Assembly (NCBI GenBank): GCA_964474825.1
Contig: CAYYWQ010000001.1
Span: forward strand, 357,609-421,608
DNA: 64,000 nt
Reading direction: 5' to 3'
Origin: an uncultured Candidatus Saccharibacteria bacterium
Lineage (GTDB): Bacteria > Patescibacteriota > Doudnabacteria > UBA920
Within the stretch, counting starts at the first letter, position 1, and every line of letters starts with the position of its first letter. Both the position numbers and the translations under genes were made by a program. Below the pieces are notes generated by a model. The model did no database searches and was not told the DNA's origin. It saw only the letters and a list, made by a program, of their open reading frames with translations. Shown here piece by piece: positions 50,975 to 60,437 of this stretch.

Positions 50975-53167
50975 TTATTGTATGCCGGCTTGCGATAATA
51001 TGTGTTTGCCTGCTGGGTATCCCCCGGTGGCGCCGCCAAAGCAAAAGCTTAGTTTGTAGCTTTCCGGACTTACGTAAATATAATTGTATTTATTGTCTGT
51101 CTCACTGCAGCTGCCACCGGCCGGAGTTGGTGCTATGGGGATTTGCTGTAAGTATTTTGGCGACAAGTCTTCGATTTTTTTTGGGTAAGAGCCATAGTCG
51201 TTATAGTAAAGCTCTAAACCGGCCGCAAATTGTCTTGTGTCGGAAAGACGCTGGCTGTCCAAGGAAGAGGGTGTGGGCTTGGCGGTTAGGCTGTTTAATT
51301 GGAACTGTTGTTTAATCCATTCAGCAACATCCAGGCTGTCTTCAGGTGCTGTTACTTCTTGCTTTTTGCCGTAATCAGAATATGTAATTTGCATATTAAA
51401 TTCTGCCAGCGGTTGCGGCGTTTTTTGCTGCTGCTCAACATCCACCTGTTTACTGCAGTTTTCGGGCTTGTCAGAGCAGGCTATGCCTGCTTCAATTCCC
51501 GTTGTACTTAATTTGGCTATGCCTGCTTTATAACCTCCGGTCTCAGCGCCAAAACAAAAGGTAAATTCGTAAGACGGATAAACAATAAGGCCGTTGGTCG
51601 TTTTGGGATTGCCCGTTGGCGTGTACCAGTAGTCGTTATAGTAATTTGAACAAGCGCCATCGGCGGGAGTGGGAGCCTTTGGTATTTGGCCAATGTAACT
51701 CGGGGTAAGCCCCTGAGGCGTTCCGTTTTGTCCTGCGGGATAACCGTTATGGTCGTTATAGAACAATTCAAGGGCGGTCGCGATCTGTCTTGTGTCCGCT
51801 AGTCTTTTTGCGTCCCGGCTTTTGGCACGGGCGTTACCTAAAAAGCCTAAATCGCCGGTAGTTTCGTCCGCAAAAGTTGCTAATCCCGGCATTTTAACAT
51901 TAATAGCCAATTTATAAATTTGAGAATCTTTTTTCCCAATCCAGGTTTCAAAAGTCGCAATGTTAATTTTTTCTATAAAATTATTTATTACCTGTCTTAC
52001 CGCTCCCGCCGAAGCCGCCTGGGCAAGGGAGGAAGACGCATAAGCATTGTCAAAAACGGTATTAATAATTGTTTTTAAAGTACTCTTATCCACCTCGCTT
52101 TGTAAATGATAGGTCTGCACTCCGCTTACGGTTTCTGAGCCCAGATTTTTTACTGAACTAAAAATTTGTTTAGTTTTAAAAATATTTGCCAAATCTTGCT
52201 GGATTTTTGCTTGTGATTGTTTTTGTTCGTCTAGTTGCTTTTGAAATTCGACTCCGTAAGAAGTGGACGAAGCCAGTTTAATTAGTTCTTTTAAATCAAA
52301 CTTAAGCCATCCAATTGTTTGTCCTGCCTCTTTGGACAACTCAGGAAGATCCTTTAAGTCTAAGTATAAAATGTCGTTTAATGTCCGGACTTCAAAATTC
52401 CTACTTCCGGACTGCAAATTAACTCCGGCATTATTCGGGAGCTGGTAACCTACGGCAAAGGCAGATTTAGAAACAGGTGAAGATGTTACTGTTGTGTCTA
52501 AGTAGGTTGAGCCGCTTAAAGAAAAACTAAATGGCTGGGGTTTTCCTGAATCGTCCGGCATTCCCGGGTCGCTATAACTAAATTTAAAATTTTGCGTGGT
52601 TATAGGGTTTTTTTTGGAGGTGGCATATTTATTCCAAATTTTTTGGGGAGCTGGATTAAAATAGCCATATGCAAAATAACCTCCTGCCCCCAGTACCACG
52701 ACTGCTACAAATATTGCAAGAATTACAATTAATTTTTTGCTGGAATGGGCTGATGCCGCGAAATGCTGGTCACTTAAGGTTTCGTGAGCCGGGGTTTGAG
52801 TTTTTTCTGTGGGAAGATTAGAAAAAGACAGCGCGGCCTCAGGCTTGCTTCCGGAAGATGACGCAAACATTGGCGGTAAGTGAGCAGGCTGGCTTAAAGG
52901 TTTGTAAAGAGGTGAGGCTTGCTTGGCTAAAATTGGCTGAAGAGTTGGGTGTGGCTGCTCATGTGGTAGCGTTGATTGTGCTGCAGGCTGAGCTATTTGA
53001 GAGGCGGGTGTTGGTTTGGCTTCAGGTTCCGCTACCCGGACATACGAAAAATTATCCTCGACCATGCCGGGATCCCAGCCCACATCTAGCAAGTTTTGTT
53101 TAATTTCTGTTTCAGTAAGGCCGTGTGCTTTGGCCTCTTTAATATAATTGACTATCTCTATCTCCAT
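50975..53167 (-). CDS. Membrane-anchored surface protein with two pilin-like domains
   Basis: Helical N-terminus, P/Q-rich linker, TM, beta-rich region; ARAKSRDAKRLADTRQIATALELFYND...YP and DSQRLSDTRQFAAGLELYYND...YP; ATG 53167 lies 6 nt after TATAAT. Confidence 0.78.
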   Translation of the reverse strand: MEIEIVNYIKEAKAHGLTETEIKQNLLDVGWDPGMVEDNFSYVRVAEPEAKPTPASQIAQPAAQSTLPHEQPHPTLQPILAKQASPLYKPLSQPAHLPPMFASSSGSKPEAALSFSNLPTEKTQTPAHETLSDQHFAASAHSSKKLIVILAIFVAVVVLGAGGYFAYGYFNPAPQKIWNKYATSKKNPITTQNFKFSYSDPGMPDDSGKPQPFSFSLSGSTYLDTTVTSSPVSKSAFAVGYQLPNNAGVNLQSGSRNFEVRTLNDILYLDLKDLPELSKEAGQTIGWLKFDLKELIKLASSTSYGVEFQKQLDEQKQSQAKIQQDLANIFKTKQIFSSVKNLGSETVSGVQTYHLQSEVDKSTLKTIINTVFDNAYASSSLAQAASAGAVRQVINNFIEKINIATFETWIGKKDSQIYKLAINVKMPGLATFADETTGDLGFLGNARAKSRDAKRLADTRQIATALELFYNDHNGYPAGQNGTPQGLTPSYIGQIPKAPTPADGACSNYYNDYWYTPTGNPKTTNGLIVYPSYEFTFCFGAETGGYKAGIAKLSTTGIEAGIACSDKPENCSKQVDVEQQQKTPQPLAEFNMQITYSDYGKKQEVTAPEDSLDVAEWIKQQFQLNSLTAKPTPSSLDSQRLSDTRQFAAGLELYYNDYGSYPKKIEDLSPKYLQQIPIAPTPAGGSCSETDNKYNYIYVSPESYKLSFCFGGATGGYPAGKHILSQAGIQ

Positions 53168-53213
53168 AGAGTTATTATACACCTATTGCTCACTTTATTA
53201 ATCCACAGTCAAA

Positions 53214-54080
53214 TTATAGGCTAATAATTTTTATAACGGTAATGTTTTTGGTTTCGTTTTTGTACCAAGCGTTAAAATCACTGCCGTTTAGAAAAATTTG
53301 CCGTATTTGCAGCTTGCCGTTGTCTTTAGACTCAATTTTAACTACTTCCAAGCCGTACCGAGTGGAGACGATTTTAATATCCCCTACGTTGGTTTGCTGG
53401 AGAGGGCTTTGGATTTCGGGCAACAGGTCTTTTAGGTCTAAAAGACCTGTGTCTCCCCCTAATTTTTTACTCTGTTCGTCTTCGCTGTAAAGCTGTACCA
53501 AGTCATCAAATTTGTCACCGGCCTGGGCTTTATTTAAAATGTCATTGGCTTTTGTGTAGCTTTCGGAATTTAAATTTTCTTGGCCGTAAAACCAACTTGC
53601 CAAATAGGCAGCCTGCATTTCAGATTTTAAAACGCCGTTTTTATAAGCCTGTTTGCTTAAACCGATTTTTAACAAAGCGTTATCCAGGCTCCCCTGGCCT
53701 TCTTGGACGAATTGTTTTTCCCTTAAGGTAAATTCCGAATCCAGTTGAGCACTTGAAATTTTTATGCCTTTTTGAGCGCCTAAAATTTGAACCTTGGTTT
53801 GTTCAATTAAATTATTAAAAATTTGTTCATTAAGCACAGTGTTGCTCGTCCCGCTGTTTTGCGCGGAAAAGGACCTTGCGATTTCTAAGCGTTCAGCTAG
53901 CGTTTTTACGCTAACAGGCTGGCCGCCCACAAAAGCCGCTGGGAAAGGAACCCGTGTAAAAATTTTTTCCTTAACGGGTGTAAGAGACCCAAAAGAAAGC
54001 CATGCCCATGAGGCCGTAATTAAAACCAAGACCACAACAATTACCGCAACAAAAATTTTTAAAATTATTTTACTTTTCAT
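53214..54080 (-). CDS. SurA/PrsA-like parvulin foldase
   Basis: N-terminal TM, PAAFV.G, FDDLVQLYSED..SK..GGD.G, TRYG. Confidence 0.8.
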   Translation of the reverse strand: MKSKIILKIFVAVIVVVLVLITASWAWLSFGSLTPVKEKIFTRVPFPAAFVGGQPVSVKTLAERLEIARSFSAQNSGTSNTVLNEQIFNNLIEQTKVQILGAQKGIKISSAQLDSEFTLREKQFVQEGQGSLDNALLKIGLSKQAYKNGVLKSEMQAAYLASWFYGQENLNSESYTKANDILNKAQAGDKFDDLVQLYSEDEQSKKLGGDTGLLDLKDLLPEIQSPLQQTNVGDIKIVSTRYGLEVVKIESKDNGKLQIRQIFLNGSDFNAWYKNETKNITVIKIISL

Positions 54081-54095
54081 CTTTGTTTAAGTGCA

Positions 54096-54467
54096 TTAAT
54101 TATTTCCAAAAAAATATTCAACCCATTTTTCATAGTTTGGTGCTTTATTTTGTTCCGAACGGTCCAATGGTGAAGTTTGCGCCGGTGCGTCAGTAAAGCC
54201 AAACACTACTTCGCCCTCCCTTTTCAAATTGAGCTGCTGTCTCGCAGCACGTTCTTTAAAATCACTGGAATTTAAATAGGACAGGGAATCGCTAAGGTCC
54301 TGATTCTTTTTGCTAAAAGAAGCAATTTGGTTTTCTAAATCCTTTTTTTCCCTGTCTACAGCCCGCTGGTTTTTATATTGTTGGTAACGCAGGTTGCCAA
54401 TAAAAACGGTAAATAACAGCAAAATAGCAAGGGATAATTTAGAAGACCAGTTAAGTTTAAGCTTCAT
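54096..54467 (-). CDS. Septum formation initiator (FtsB/DivIC family)
   Basis: TM, coiled coil, ERAARQQLNLKREGEVV. Confidence 0.85.
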   Translation of the reverse strand: MKLKLNWSSKLSLAILLLFTVFIGNLRYQQYKNQRAVDREKKDLENQIASFSKKNQDLSDSLSYLNSSDFKERAARQQLNLKREGEVVFGFTDAPAQTSPLDRSEQNKAPNYEKWVEYFFGNN

Positions 54468-54470
54468 AAG

Positions 54471-54971
54471 CTATTTGTTTAAAACATCTGTTCCGGCGTG
54501 TGCCTGCTGCAAAGACCACAAAAAAGTTTTTAGGTTTTCCGGTTTGCGCAAATTTTCTAAAATTAAAGGTTTTTCCAGGCCCATAACCCTGACTTCCACG
54601 TTGCCGTAGTTGAGTAGAGAGGAAAAAAAACCGGTTGTGCTAAAACTAATATGGGAAATGCGCGCCAGCGGAGACTCCAGCACCTGCTTTTTAAATAAAC
54701 TTAAATATTTTACGACGATTAACCGCTTGTCCGTAACTATGTAAGAGCTGGCCAGCCAAATAAGGTAGTGGTAAAGGCCGTAGCAAAAAACTAAAATAAT
54801 CCAAACTAAAAACCATTTTCCCAAGGAAGAAAACAAGTCCGCCCGGGCCATTAAAAACCAGGGAAAATAAATTGCCAACAAAATAACCACTACGGTTTTT
54901 GCCAAAACCCACTCCGTTTGGCGGTAAATTTTAAAAACCTGCTCATTGGGCTGTAAATCCAGTGAAAACAT
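54471..54971 (-). CDS. Membrane protein with bacterial PH domain
   Basis: L.PNE, two TM, YIVTDKRLI, LFKK..E..L.RI, NYGNVEV. Confidence 0.8.
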   Translation of the reverse strand: MFSLDLQPNEQVFKIYRQTEWVLAKTVVVILLAIYFPWFLMARADLFSSLGKWFLVWIILVFCYGLYHYLIWLASSYIVTDKRLIVVKYLSLFKKQVLESPLARISHISFSTTGFFSSLLNYGNVEVRVMGLEKPLILENLRKPENLKTFLWSLQQAHAGTDVLNK

Positions 54972-54976
54972 TTTTG

Positions 54977-55087
54977 TTATTGGTTGGTTAAGAAGGCACT
55001 TCCAAATAATGCCATAATCATGCTAACTACAACCACTATCATGACAATTGTCATGATTTTTTGCATTGCTTTACGGTTTTTGTTCAT
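54977..55087 (-). CDS. 36-aa single-TM peptide (DUF4044-like; not in the ORF track)
   Basis: MNKNRKAMQKIMTIVMIVVVVSMIMALFGSAFLTNQ; TGTTATAAT 6 nt upstream; ends 5 nt before the next gene. Confidence 0.65.
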   Translation of the reverse strand: MNKNRKAMQKIMTIVMIVVVVSMIMALFGSAFLTNQ

Positions 55088-55104
55088 TTATGTATTATAA
55101 CAGA

Positions 55105-55833
55105 TTATTCACGGATGCGGCCCAAAAATGCGGCAGTCCAGTTTCGGTAGCCCAGGTCGTTAGGATGAAAATTGTCGGCCGCGTAAGTTTTACTGCGGTC
55201 CTTGTAAGGTTCCTCAGACCAGCCAAAGTCCTTGATGTTTACTATTTTTACCCTCTCATCTTCCAAGGCTAAAATATTTTTATTTAAATTCTTGTCATGG
55301 TATTCCAAAAAGTTAATATAAAACCAGGGCAAGATTGACGCTCCCTTGAAATTGGGGGTGCCGGTAATATAAATTTTTGCTGACGTATCTTTCTCAAGCT
55401 TTGTAATTATTGCTTTGAGGTTATTTATAATTTTATTCTGGGAAACCAAATGCGTAATATCGTTACCGGTTATACAAATGGTTACAACGTCCGGTTTGTA
55501 AGCAATAATGTCATTAACCTGTTTTTCTAAAACGTCCTTAGTTGTAGCACCCTTAACGGAAATATTTTTGTAAGTTACTGTATTGGTTTCTGCCAAAAAT
55601 TCCGCTACTTGGAAGTTAAAAGTTTTTTCCAAACTGCTGGCGCCATAACCATATCCCACGCTGTCCCCTGCCGCTATAAAACGTAAAGTCGGCCCACTGC
55701 CCAAAGTTTTCTCGTTCTGCTCTATTGCCGGCAAAACGGGCAAAAAAGAATATTTATATACAAAAAGCAGTACTTCAAAAGTAAAGTATAAAATTACTAA
55801 AACAATAATTGTGGTTATGGTTTTTATTATCAT
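55105..55833 (-). CDS. SGNH/GDSL hydrolase
   Basis: GDSVGYG, GATT, GND, DNFHPN; N-terminal TM; start moved to MIIKT. Confidence 0.9.
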   Translation of the reverse strand: MIIKTITTIIVLVILYFTFEVLLFVYKYSFLPVLPAIEQNEKTLGSGPTLRFIAAGDSVGYGYGASSLEKTFNFQVAEFLAETNTVTYKNISVKGATTKDVLEKQVNDIIAYKPDVVTICITGNDITHLVSQNKIINNLKAIITKLEKDTSAKIYITGTPNFKGASILPWFYINFLEYHDKNLNKNILALEDERVKIVNIKDFGWSEEPYKDRSKTYAADNFHPNDLGYRNWTAAFLGRIRE

Positions 55834-55868
55834 GTAAGTATTGTTACTATAGCAAAAATAGCACAAAT

Positions 55869-55897
55869 AAAAAACCTCCTCCCTTTCGGGAGGAGGT
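55869..55897 (-). terminator. Terminator after the cold-shock gene
   Basis: aaaaacctcctccc-tttc-gggaggaggt. Confidence 0.8.
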
Positions 55898-55909
55898 AAA
55901 TTAAAGAGA

Positions 55910-56107
55910 TTAAACTCTCTGGACGTTGACAGCGTTCGGACCCTTTGGGGAGTCTTCTACTTCGAAGCTGACTTGGTCGCCTTCGTGAAGGTCAGCGAAC
56001 TGAACTCCGACTAAGGACTTGCTGTGAAAGAATAAATCTTTCTCTTGACCCTCAACTGTAATAAAGCCGAAGCCTTTGTCAGTGAGTTTCTTAATTACAC
56101 CAGTCAT
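55910..56107 (-). CDS. csp: Cold-shock domain protein
   Basis: KGFGFI (RNP1), LFFH (RNP2), KGPNAVNV. Confidence 0.96.
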   Translation of the reverse strand: MTGVIKKLTDKGFGFITVEGQEKDLFFHSKSLVGVQFADLHEGDQVSFEVEDSPKGPNAVNVQRV

Positions 56108-56281
56108 TGGAATAAATTTTATTGATTAGAAGCAAAGCTTAATAATATGTTTGGAAATTCGACTAGTTTCTTTACATAAATATTTGCCCTACGATTATAG
56201 CAAATAATAACTATTCTGTCAAGTTTATTGAGGATGAATTTGTATGAAATCCGGCCTGAGGTTTTCGCTTTCGCGAACGAC

Positions 56282-56923
56282 TCAGGCCGGGGTTTTGTCT
56301 AACTCACAACGCTTAGGGTTGTGAGCACGACGGTTGGCGCGTACCATTGCCACTTGGGAGACAATGTACGCAACATAGCCCACGAGCGGGCCGGATTTCT
56401 TTGCGTGGACGCAGTACGCTATAAGCAGTACCGCGCTAAGTATTGTGGTGGCGGGCAGAGATTCCCGAAATACGCCCTTGCTTCCGGCGCTTTTGACCTC
56501 AAACTTCTGCACAAAAAATGTGCCTAATCCAATGAGGCACATGGCCAGGTCTTTCCATGTTAGACCGAATCCATAAAGCCGGTAGCTGCTAATATAGGAG
56601 CTCGGCGCGCTTATCATGATCTCCAACAGCGCCGAGAGAAAAACAATTACTATTACCTCCCATTTCTTGATGCGTTTGAATTTCAGCACATAACCTAGCA
56701 GCCAGCTTCGGCAAATAATATTGCCGACACCGCTGGCCACAAAGGCCAAACCCCCGCCATCTTCTCCATATACTACCTTAGAGAGGCCGGCTGCGATTCC
56801 TCCGAGCAGCCAGGTGATGGAAATGGCCTCCCCACACTTTTCGTGAACAACCGTGCGCTTCTGCAACCAGTATCCGGCTGCAGTAAGCGCAATTGAAATT
56901 GCGATTACAACATTCCAGAACAC
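56282..56923 (-). CDS. 7-TM membrane protein, degenerate PQ-loop/SWEET-like
   Basis: Two similar halves (Q.......K....S and Q.......SKG) joined by a linker TM; GTG start with AGGAGG SD; GC-richer than its neighbours. Confidence 0.55.
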   Translation of the reverse strand: MFWNVVIAISIALTAAGYWLQKRTVVHEKCGEAISITWLLGGIAAGLSKVVYGEDGGGLAFVASGVGNIICRSWLLGYVLKFKRIKKWEVIVIVFLSALLEIMISAPSSYISSYRLYGFGLTWKDLAMCLIGLGTFFVQKFEVKSAGSKGVFRESLPATTILSAVLLIAYCVHAKKSGPLVGYVAYIVSQVAMVRANRRAHNPKRCELDKTPA

Positions 56924-57071
56924 CGGTTAGCCTCCTTTTGGCTCTTAATAAAACAAACGTAAAGTGTAACCTATTGTAACAAAAGAGCCATTAAAGGCAA
57001 TGGAGTAAGTTAAAACGCAACCCTTTAACTTATTGTTCTAAAATCCGTTAAATTATTTGGAGGAGGATTCT

Positions 57072-57272
57072 ATGAACTTGCAAATGTGGAGGTTTACGTG
57101 CGTTGTGGGCCTAGTATCCTGGGTGGCCTTTTGGCTTAAAATCACAGTTAGGCACTTGCAACAGCGCCAGTATTTTCCATTTGTAATGAGCCTGCTGTTG
57201 CCGGGGATATTTATATACATATATGCATGGAGCTGGTTTTCCAGCTTTCCCGAAGTCTTGTTATCCCCCTAA
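57072..57272 (+). CDS. Small 2-TM hypothetical protein
   Basis: AGGAGG SD 5 nt before the ATG, terminator downstream. Confidence 0.55.
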   Translation: MNLQMWRFTCVVGLVSWVAFWLKITVRHLQQRQYFPFVMSLLLPGIFIYIYAWSWFSSFPEVLLSP

Positions 57273-57282
57273 ATCTAGCTCC

Positions 57283-57314
57283 AAAAAAGGGGCCTCCCTA
57301 TGAGAGCCCCTTTT
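57283..57314. terminator. Terminator between convergent genes
   Basis: aaaaaaggggc...gcccctttt. Confidence 0.65.
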
Positions 57315-57365
57315 AACCGTAGCCTGACACTAAATTAGCTTAAATATATTAATGACCAGCTGCTT

Positions 57366-57887
57366 CTAATAGCGATTGCGCTTAATGTAATTAAGGTAGA
57401 ATTTCAAAACCGGCAATTGCAGAGGAAAAATTTTTTTAGGATTTTTTTTAATTACTTTTTCTAATTCCTTTGTTGATAACCATTGTGGATCTTTTGCTTC
57501 ACTTTTTTGCATTTTGACCTTACCGCTTACTTCGCATAAAAATACGAAACCAATCCAGGGAAGTCCATTTCTTGTGGACAATACTTGCTGACAAAGAAAA
57601 GGTTTAAAAACGTAGGACTTGTCTTTTGAAGTTGGTTTTTCAATGCTACTTTTAAAATTTTGTAAAATTTTTACAACTTTAAGGCCGCATTCCTCCCGAA
57701 CTTCCCGTTTTAAAGCCGAATATACATCTTCATAGGCCCCAATTCCGCCCGCCGGTATTTCTAACATCCCCGAATATGGGGAGTCCACAAGAGGTTTCCA
57801 GCGAGTTTGAATAAATATCTTAATGCCCGACTTATCCTTCTTTTGTAAGATAGCAGAAACAACGGGCCAGCTGTTAGTTGGTTTCAT
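57366..57887 (-). CDS. NUDIX hydrolase
   Basis: EIPAGGIGAYEDVYSALKREVREECGL. Confidence 0.9.
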   Translation of the reverse strand: MKPTNSWPVVSAILQKKDKSGIKIFIQTRWKPLVDSPYSGMLEIPAGGIGAYEDVYSALKREVREECGLKVVKILQNFKSSIEKPTSKDKSYVFKPFLCQQVLSTRNGLPWIGFVFLCEVSGKVKMQKSEAKDPQWLSTKELEKVIKKNPKKIFPLQLPVLKFYLNYIKRNRY

Positions 57888-58549
57888 TTTTTTGCAATAA
57901 AGTTTACAAAATGACTAAACTTGTCGCCAGCTTTTTCGCGCGTATGATTGAGCTCCATTAACTTTAGGCCAAACTTTTTCACAATATGGTCCTTTATATA
58001 CTTCTCGTCCCAAACTCGCCGCAGGTGACCCCGTCGGTCAAGTGCCAAATTTCCGTTGAGTTTTTTGCTATTTTTGATCGCATGGTCCTGGGCGTATTTA
58101 CCCTCAACCATTAAGAAGCCCCCTGGTTTAAGTAAGGAACATACTTCAGTTAAGAGTTTGTCGAGTTCAATGTCCGAAAGATGGAGAGAACTTCTGGCGT
58201 ATATAGCGTCTAGGAGGCTTTCGCGGTTAACAGGCAGCTCTTTAATATCTGCATTAATAGGATGAACCAAGGGAGAAGATTCGTCGGTTAAAGAATCTTC
58301 CTGTAAATGTTTCAGGGCAGGAAATGAAAAATCCATGGCATACACATCGCACTGTTTTTCCCTGGCAAAAAACCGGGCATCCCTGCCCGAAGCGGCTCCT
58401 AGTTCCAGTATTTTTGCGTTTTTTTGCAAAAACTCCGCACAGCGTACTGCAAAATTGTTCGGTAATAATGCAATTTCTTTATGCTCGTCCCTTCTTGCCT
58501 CGTGTTGCTTGTCCCAAAGATCTCTTTGCGACACCGAAGTCTCGATCAT
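57884..58549 (-). CDS. Class I SAM-dependent methyltransferase
   Basis: ILELGAASGRD, MDFS, ADI, YARSSLH, LKPGG. Confidence 0.9.
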   Translation of the reverse strand: MIETSVSQRDLWDKQHEARRDEHKEIALLPNNFAVRCAEFLQKNAKILELGAASGRDARFFAREKQCDVYAMDFSFPALKHLQEDSLTDESSPLVHPINADIKELPVNRESLLDAIYARSSLHLSDIELDKLLTEVCSLLKPGGFLMVEGKYAQDHAIKNSKKLNGNLALDRRGHLRRVWDEKYIKDHIVKKFGLKLMELNHTREKAGDKFSHFVNFIAKK

Positions 58550-58599
58550 TTTTTTGCTTTCGGTACCTCGGGGGACTCAGTTATTTATTTTAGTATATA

Positions 58600-60396
58600 T
58601 TATTTTTTCAGAACTGCCAAAAACGCTTCCTGGGGAATGTCTACTTTCCCAATTCTTTTCATCCTTTTCTTTCCCTTTTTCTGTTTGTTTAAAAGTTTCA
58701 TTTTTCTGGTAACGTCGCCGCCATACAAATAACCAGTAACGTCCTTGCGTAATGCAGATATAGTTTCTCGGGCAATAACTTTGCCGCCTATTGTGGCTTG
58801 GATGGCTATCTCAAATTGGTGCCTGGGGATTAGTTTTTTTAGTCTTTCTACTAGTTCGCGGCCGTCTACATTGGCCATACTGCGGTGCATTATGGCGGCA
58901 AGGGCTGGGACGGGTTCGCTTGCGACCATAATGTCTACTTTAACTAAATCCCCTACTCTTTCTTCTATTAATTCATAATTCAAACTGGCGTAGCCAGAAG
59001 ACACGCTCTTTAACTTGTCATAAAAATCTAGAATGATGGTGGAAAGTGGCATTTCAAATTGCATGTCCACACGGCTGGAGCCAATGTATTTTATGTCCTT
59101 GGAAATTGCACGGCGCTGAGTGGCAATTTCCATTATGGGGCCAATGTAATCTTTTGGAGTTAAAATATTTACCAGCATCCACGGTTCATAAATTTCTTTT
59201 ATGGTGGATGGGTCAGGAAATTCTGCTGGGTTGTGCATATAAACTTCTTCGCCATTGCTTTTTATGACTCTGTAGGCGACAGATGGTGCAGTAAGAACAA
59301 GGTCAAGATTATACTCTCGCGTAAGCCTCTCCTGCACAATGTCCATGTGAAGGAGTCCTAAAAAGCCGGTTCTAAAACCAAAGCCAATGGAAGGAATGTT
59401 TATTGGTTCAAAGTCGAGCGAAGCGTCGCTTAACTTTAGTTTATTCATGCCGTCTCTTAAAATTGGATAATCGTCCCCACTTACAGGAAAAATAGTGGCA
59501 TAAACCATTGGCTTAATTTGTTTATAACCTGGAAGCTGCAAAGCTTCTTGGCGATTTTCCCAAAGGGTTATAGTGTCGCCAACACGCGCCTTGCTAACAT
59601 CCCGAAGTCCCGTAACAATATAGCCAACCTCACCGGTGTTTAAAACAGAGCCTTTAAACATTTTGGGTTTAAAGTAGCCCACTTCTAAAGCTTCGGCTTG
59701 GGTGTCACTACCTATCATGTGGATTTTTTCGCGGTCAAAAATTTGGCCGTCTACCACACGCACAAAAGCTACAACACCACGGTGGATGTCGTAAATGCTG
59801 TCAAAAATTAAAGCACGCACCGGGCCGTTGCTTACGCCTTTGGGCGCTGGCACGCGTTCTATAACAGCTTTTAAAATATCTTCCACGCCTTCACCGGTTT
59901 TCCCGCTGGCATACAAAATCTCGTCGTCCGTAAACCCAAAAGCCGCTTTTAGCTCGTCAGCAGTTTTTTGGCGGTCGGAATTTGGTAAGTCTATTTTATT
60001 TATTACCGGAATTAATACCAAGTCGTGTTCCAGTGCCAAATACACATTGGCTAAAGTTTGGGCTTCTATGCCCTGCGTGGAATCCACAACCAAAATGGCC
60101 CCTTCGCAGCATGCTAAAGAGCGGGAAACTTCATAAGTAAAATCCACATGACCAGGAGTGTCAATCAAATTTAGGATGTAGTCGGTAGCTTGTAGCTGGT
60201 AGTTCATCCGTACGGGTTGCAATTTGATTGTTATCCCCCGCTCGCGCTCAAGGTCCATTGTGTCTAAAAGCTGGGCCTTCATGTCCCGCTTGTTGACGGT
60301 GTGGGTAATTTCCAAAATCCTGTCGGCTAAAGTAGATTTGCCGTGGTCAATATGGGCAATAATGCAGAAATTGCGGATGTTATTTAGGTCAGACAT
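58600..60396 (-). CDS. lepA: Elongation factor 4
   Basis: IRNFCIIAHIDHGKSTLADR, ERERGITIK, DTPGHVDF, GFLGLLH, KQKKGKKRMK. Confidence 0.99.
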   Translation of the reverse strand: MSDLNNIRNFCIIAHIDHGKSTLADRILEITHTVNKRDMKAQLLDTMDLERERGITIKLQPVRMNYQLQATDYILNLIDTPGHVDFTYEVSRSLACCEGAILVVDSTQGIEAQTLANVYLALEHDLVLIPVINKIDLPNSDRQKTADELKAAFGFTDDEILYASGKTGEGVEDILKAVIERVPAPKGVSNGPVRALIFDSIYDIHRGVVAFVRVVDGQIFDREKIHMIGSDTQAEALEVGYFKPKMFKGSVLNTGEVGYIVTGLRDVSKARVGDTITLWENRQEALQLPGYKQIKPMVYATIFPVSGDDYPILRDGMNKLKLSDASLDFEPINIPSIGFGFRTGFLGLLHMDIVQERLTREYNLDLVLTAPSVAYRVIKSNGEEVYMHNPAEFPDPSTIKEIYEPWMLVNILTPKDYIGPIMEIATQRRAISKDIKYIGSSRVDMQFEMPLSTIILDFYDKLKSVSSGYASLNYELIEERVGDLVKVDIMVASEPVPALAAIMHRSMANVDGRELVERLKKLIPRHQFEIAIQATIGGKVIARETISALRKDVTGYLYGGDVTRKMKLLNKQKKGKKRMKRIGKVDIPQEAFLAVLKK

Positions 60397-60437
60397 AAGC
60401 TTTATTTTAGCAGAAAAAACAGGTTCATAAAAGGCCG

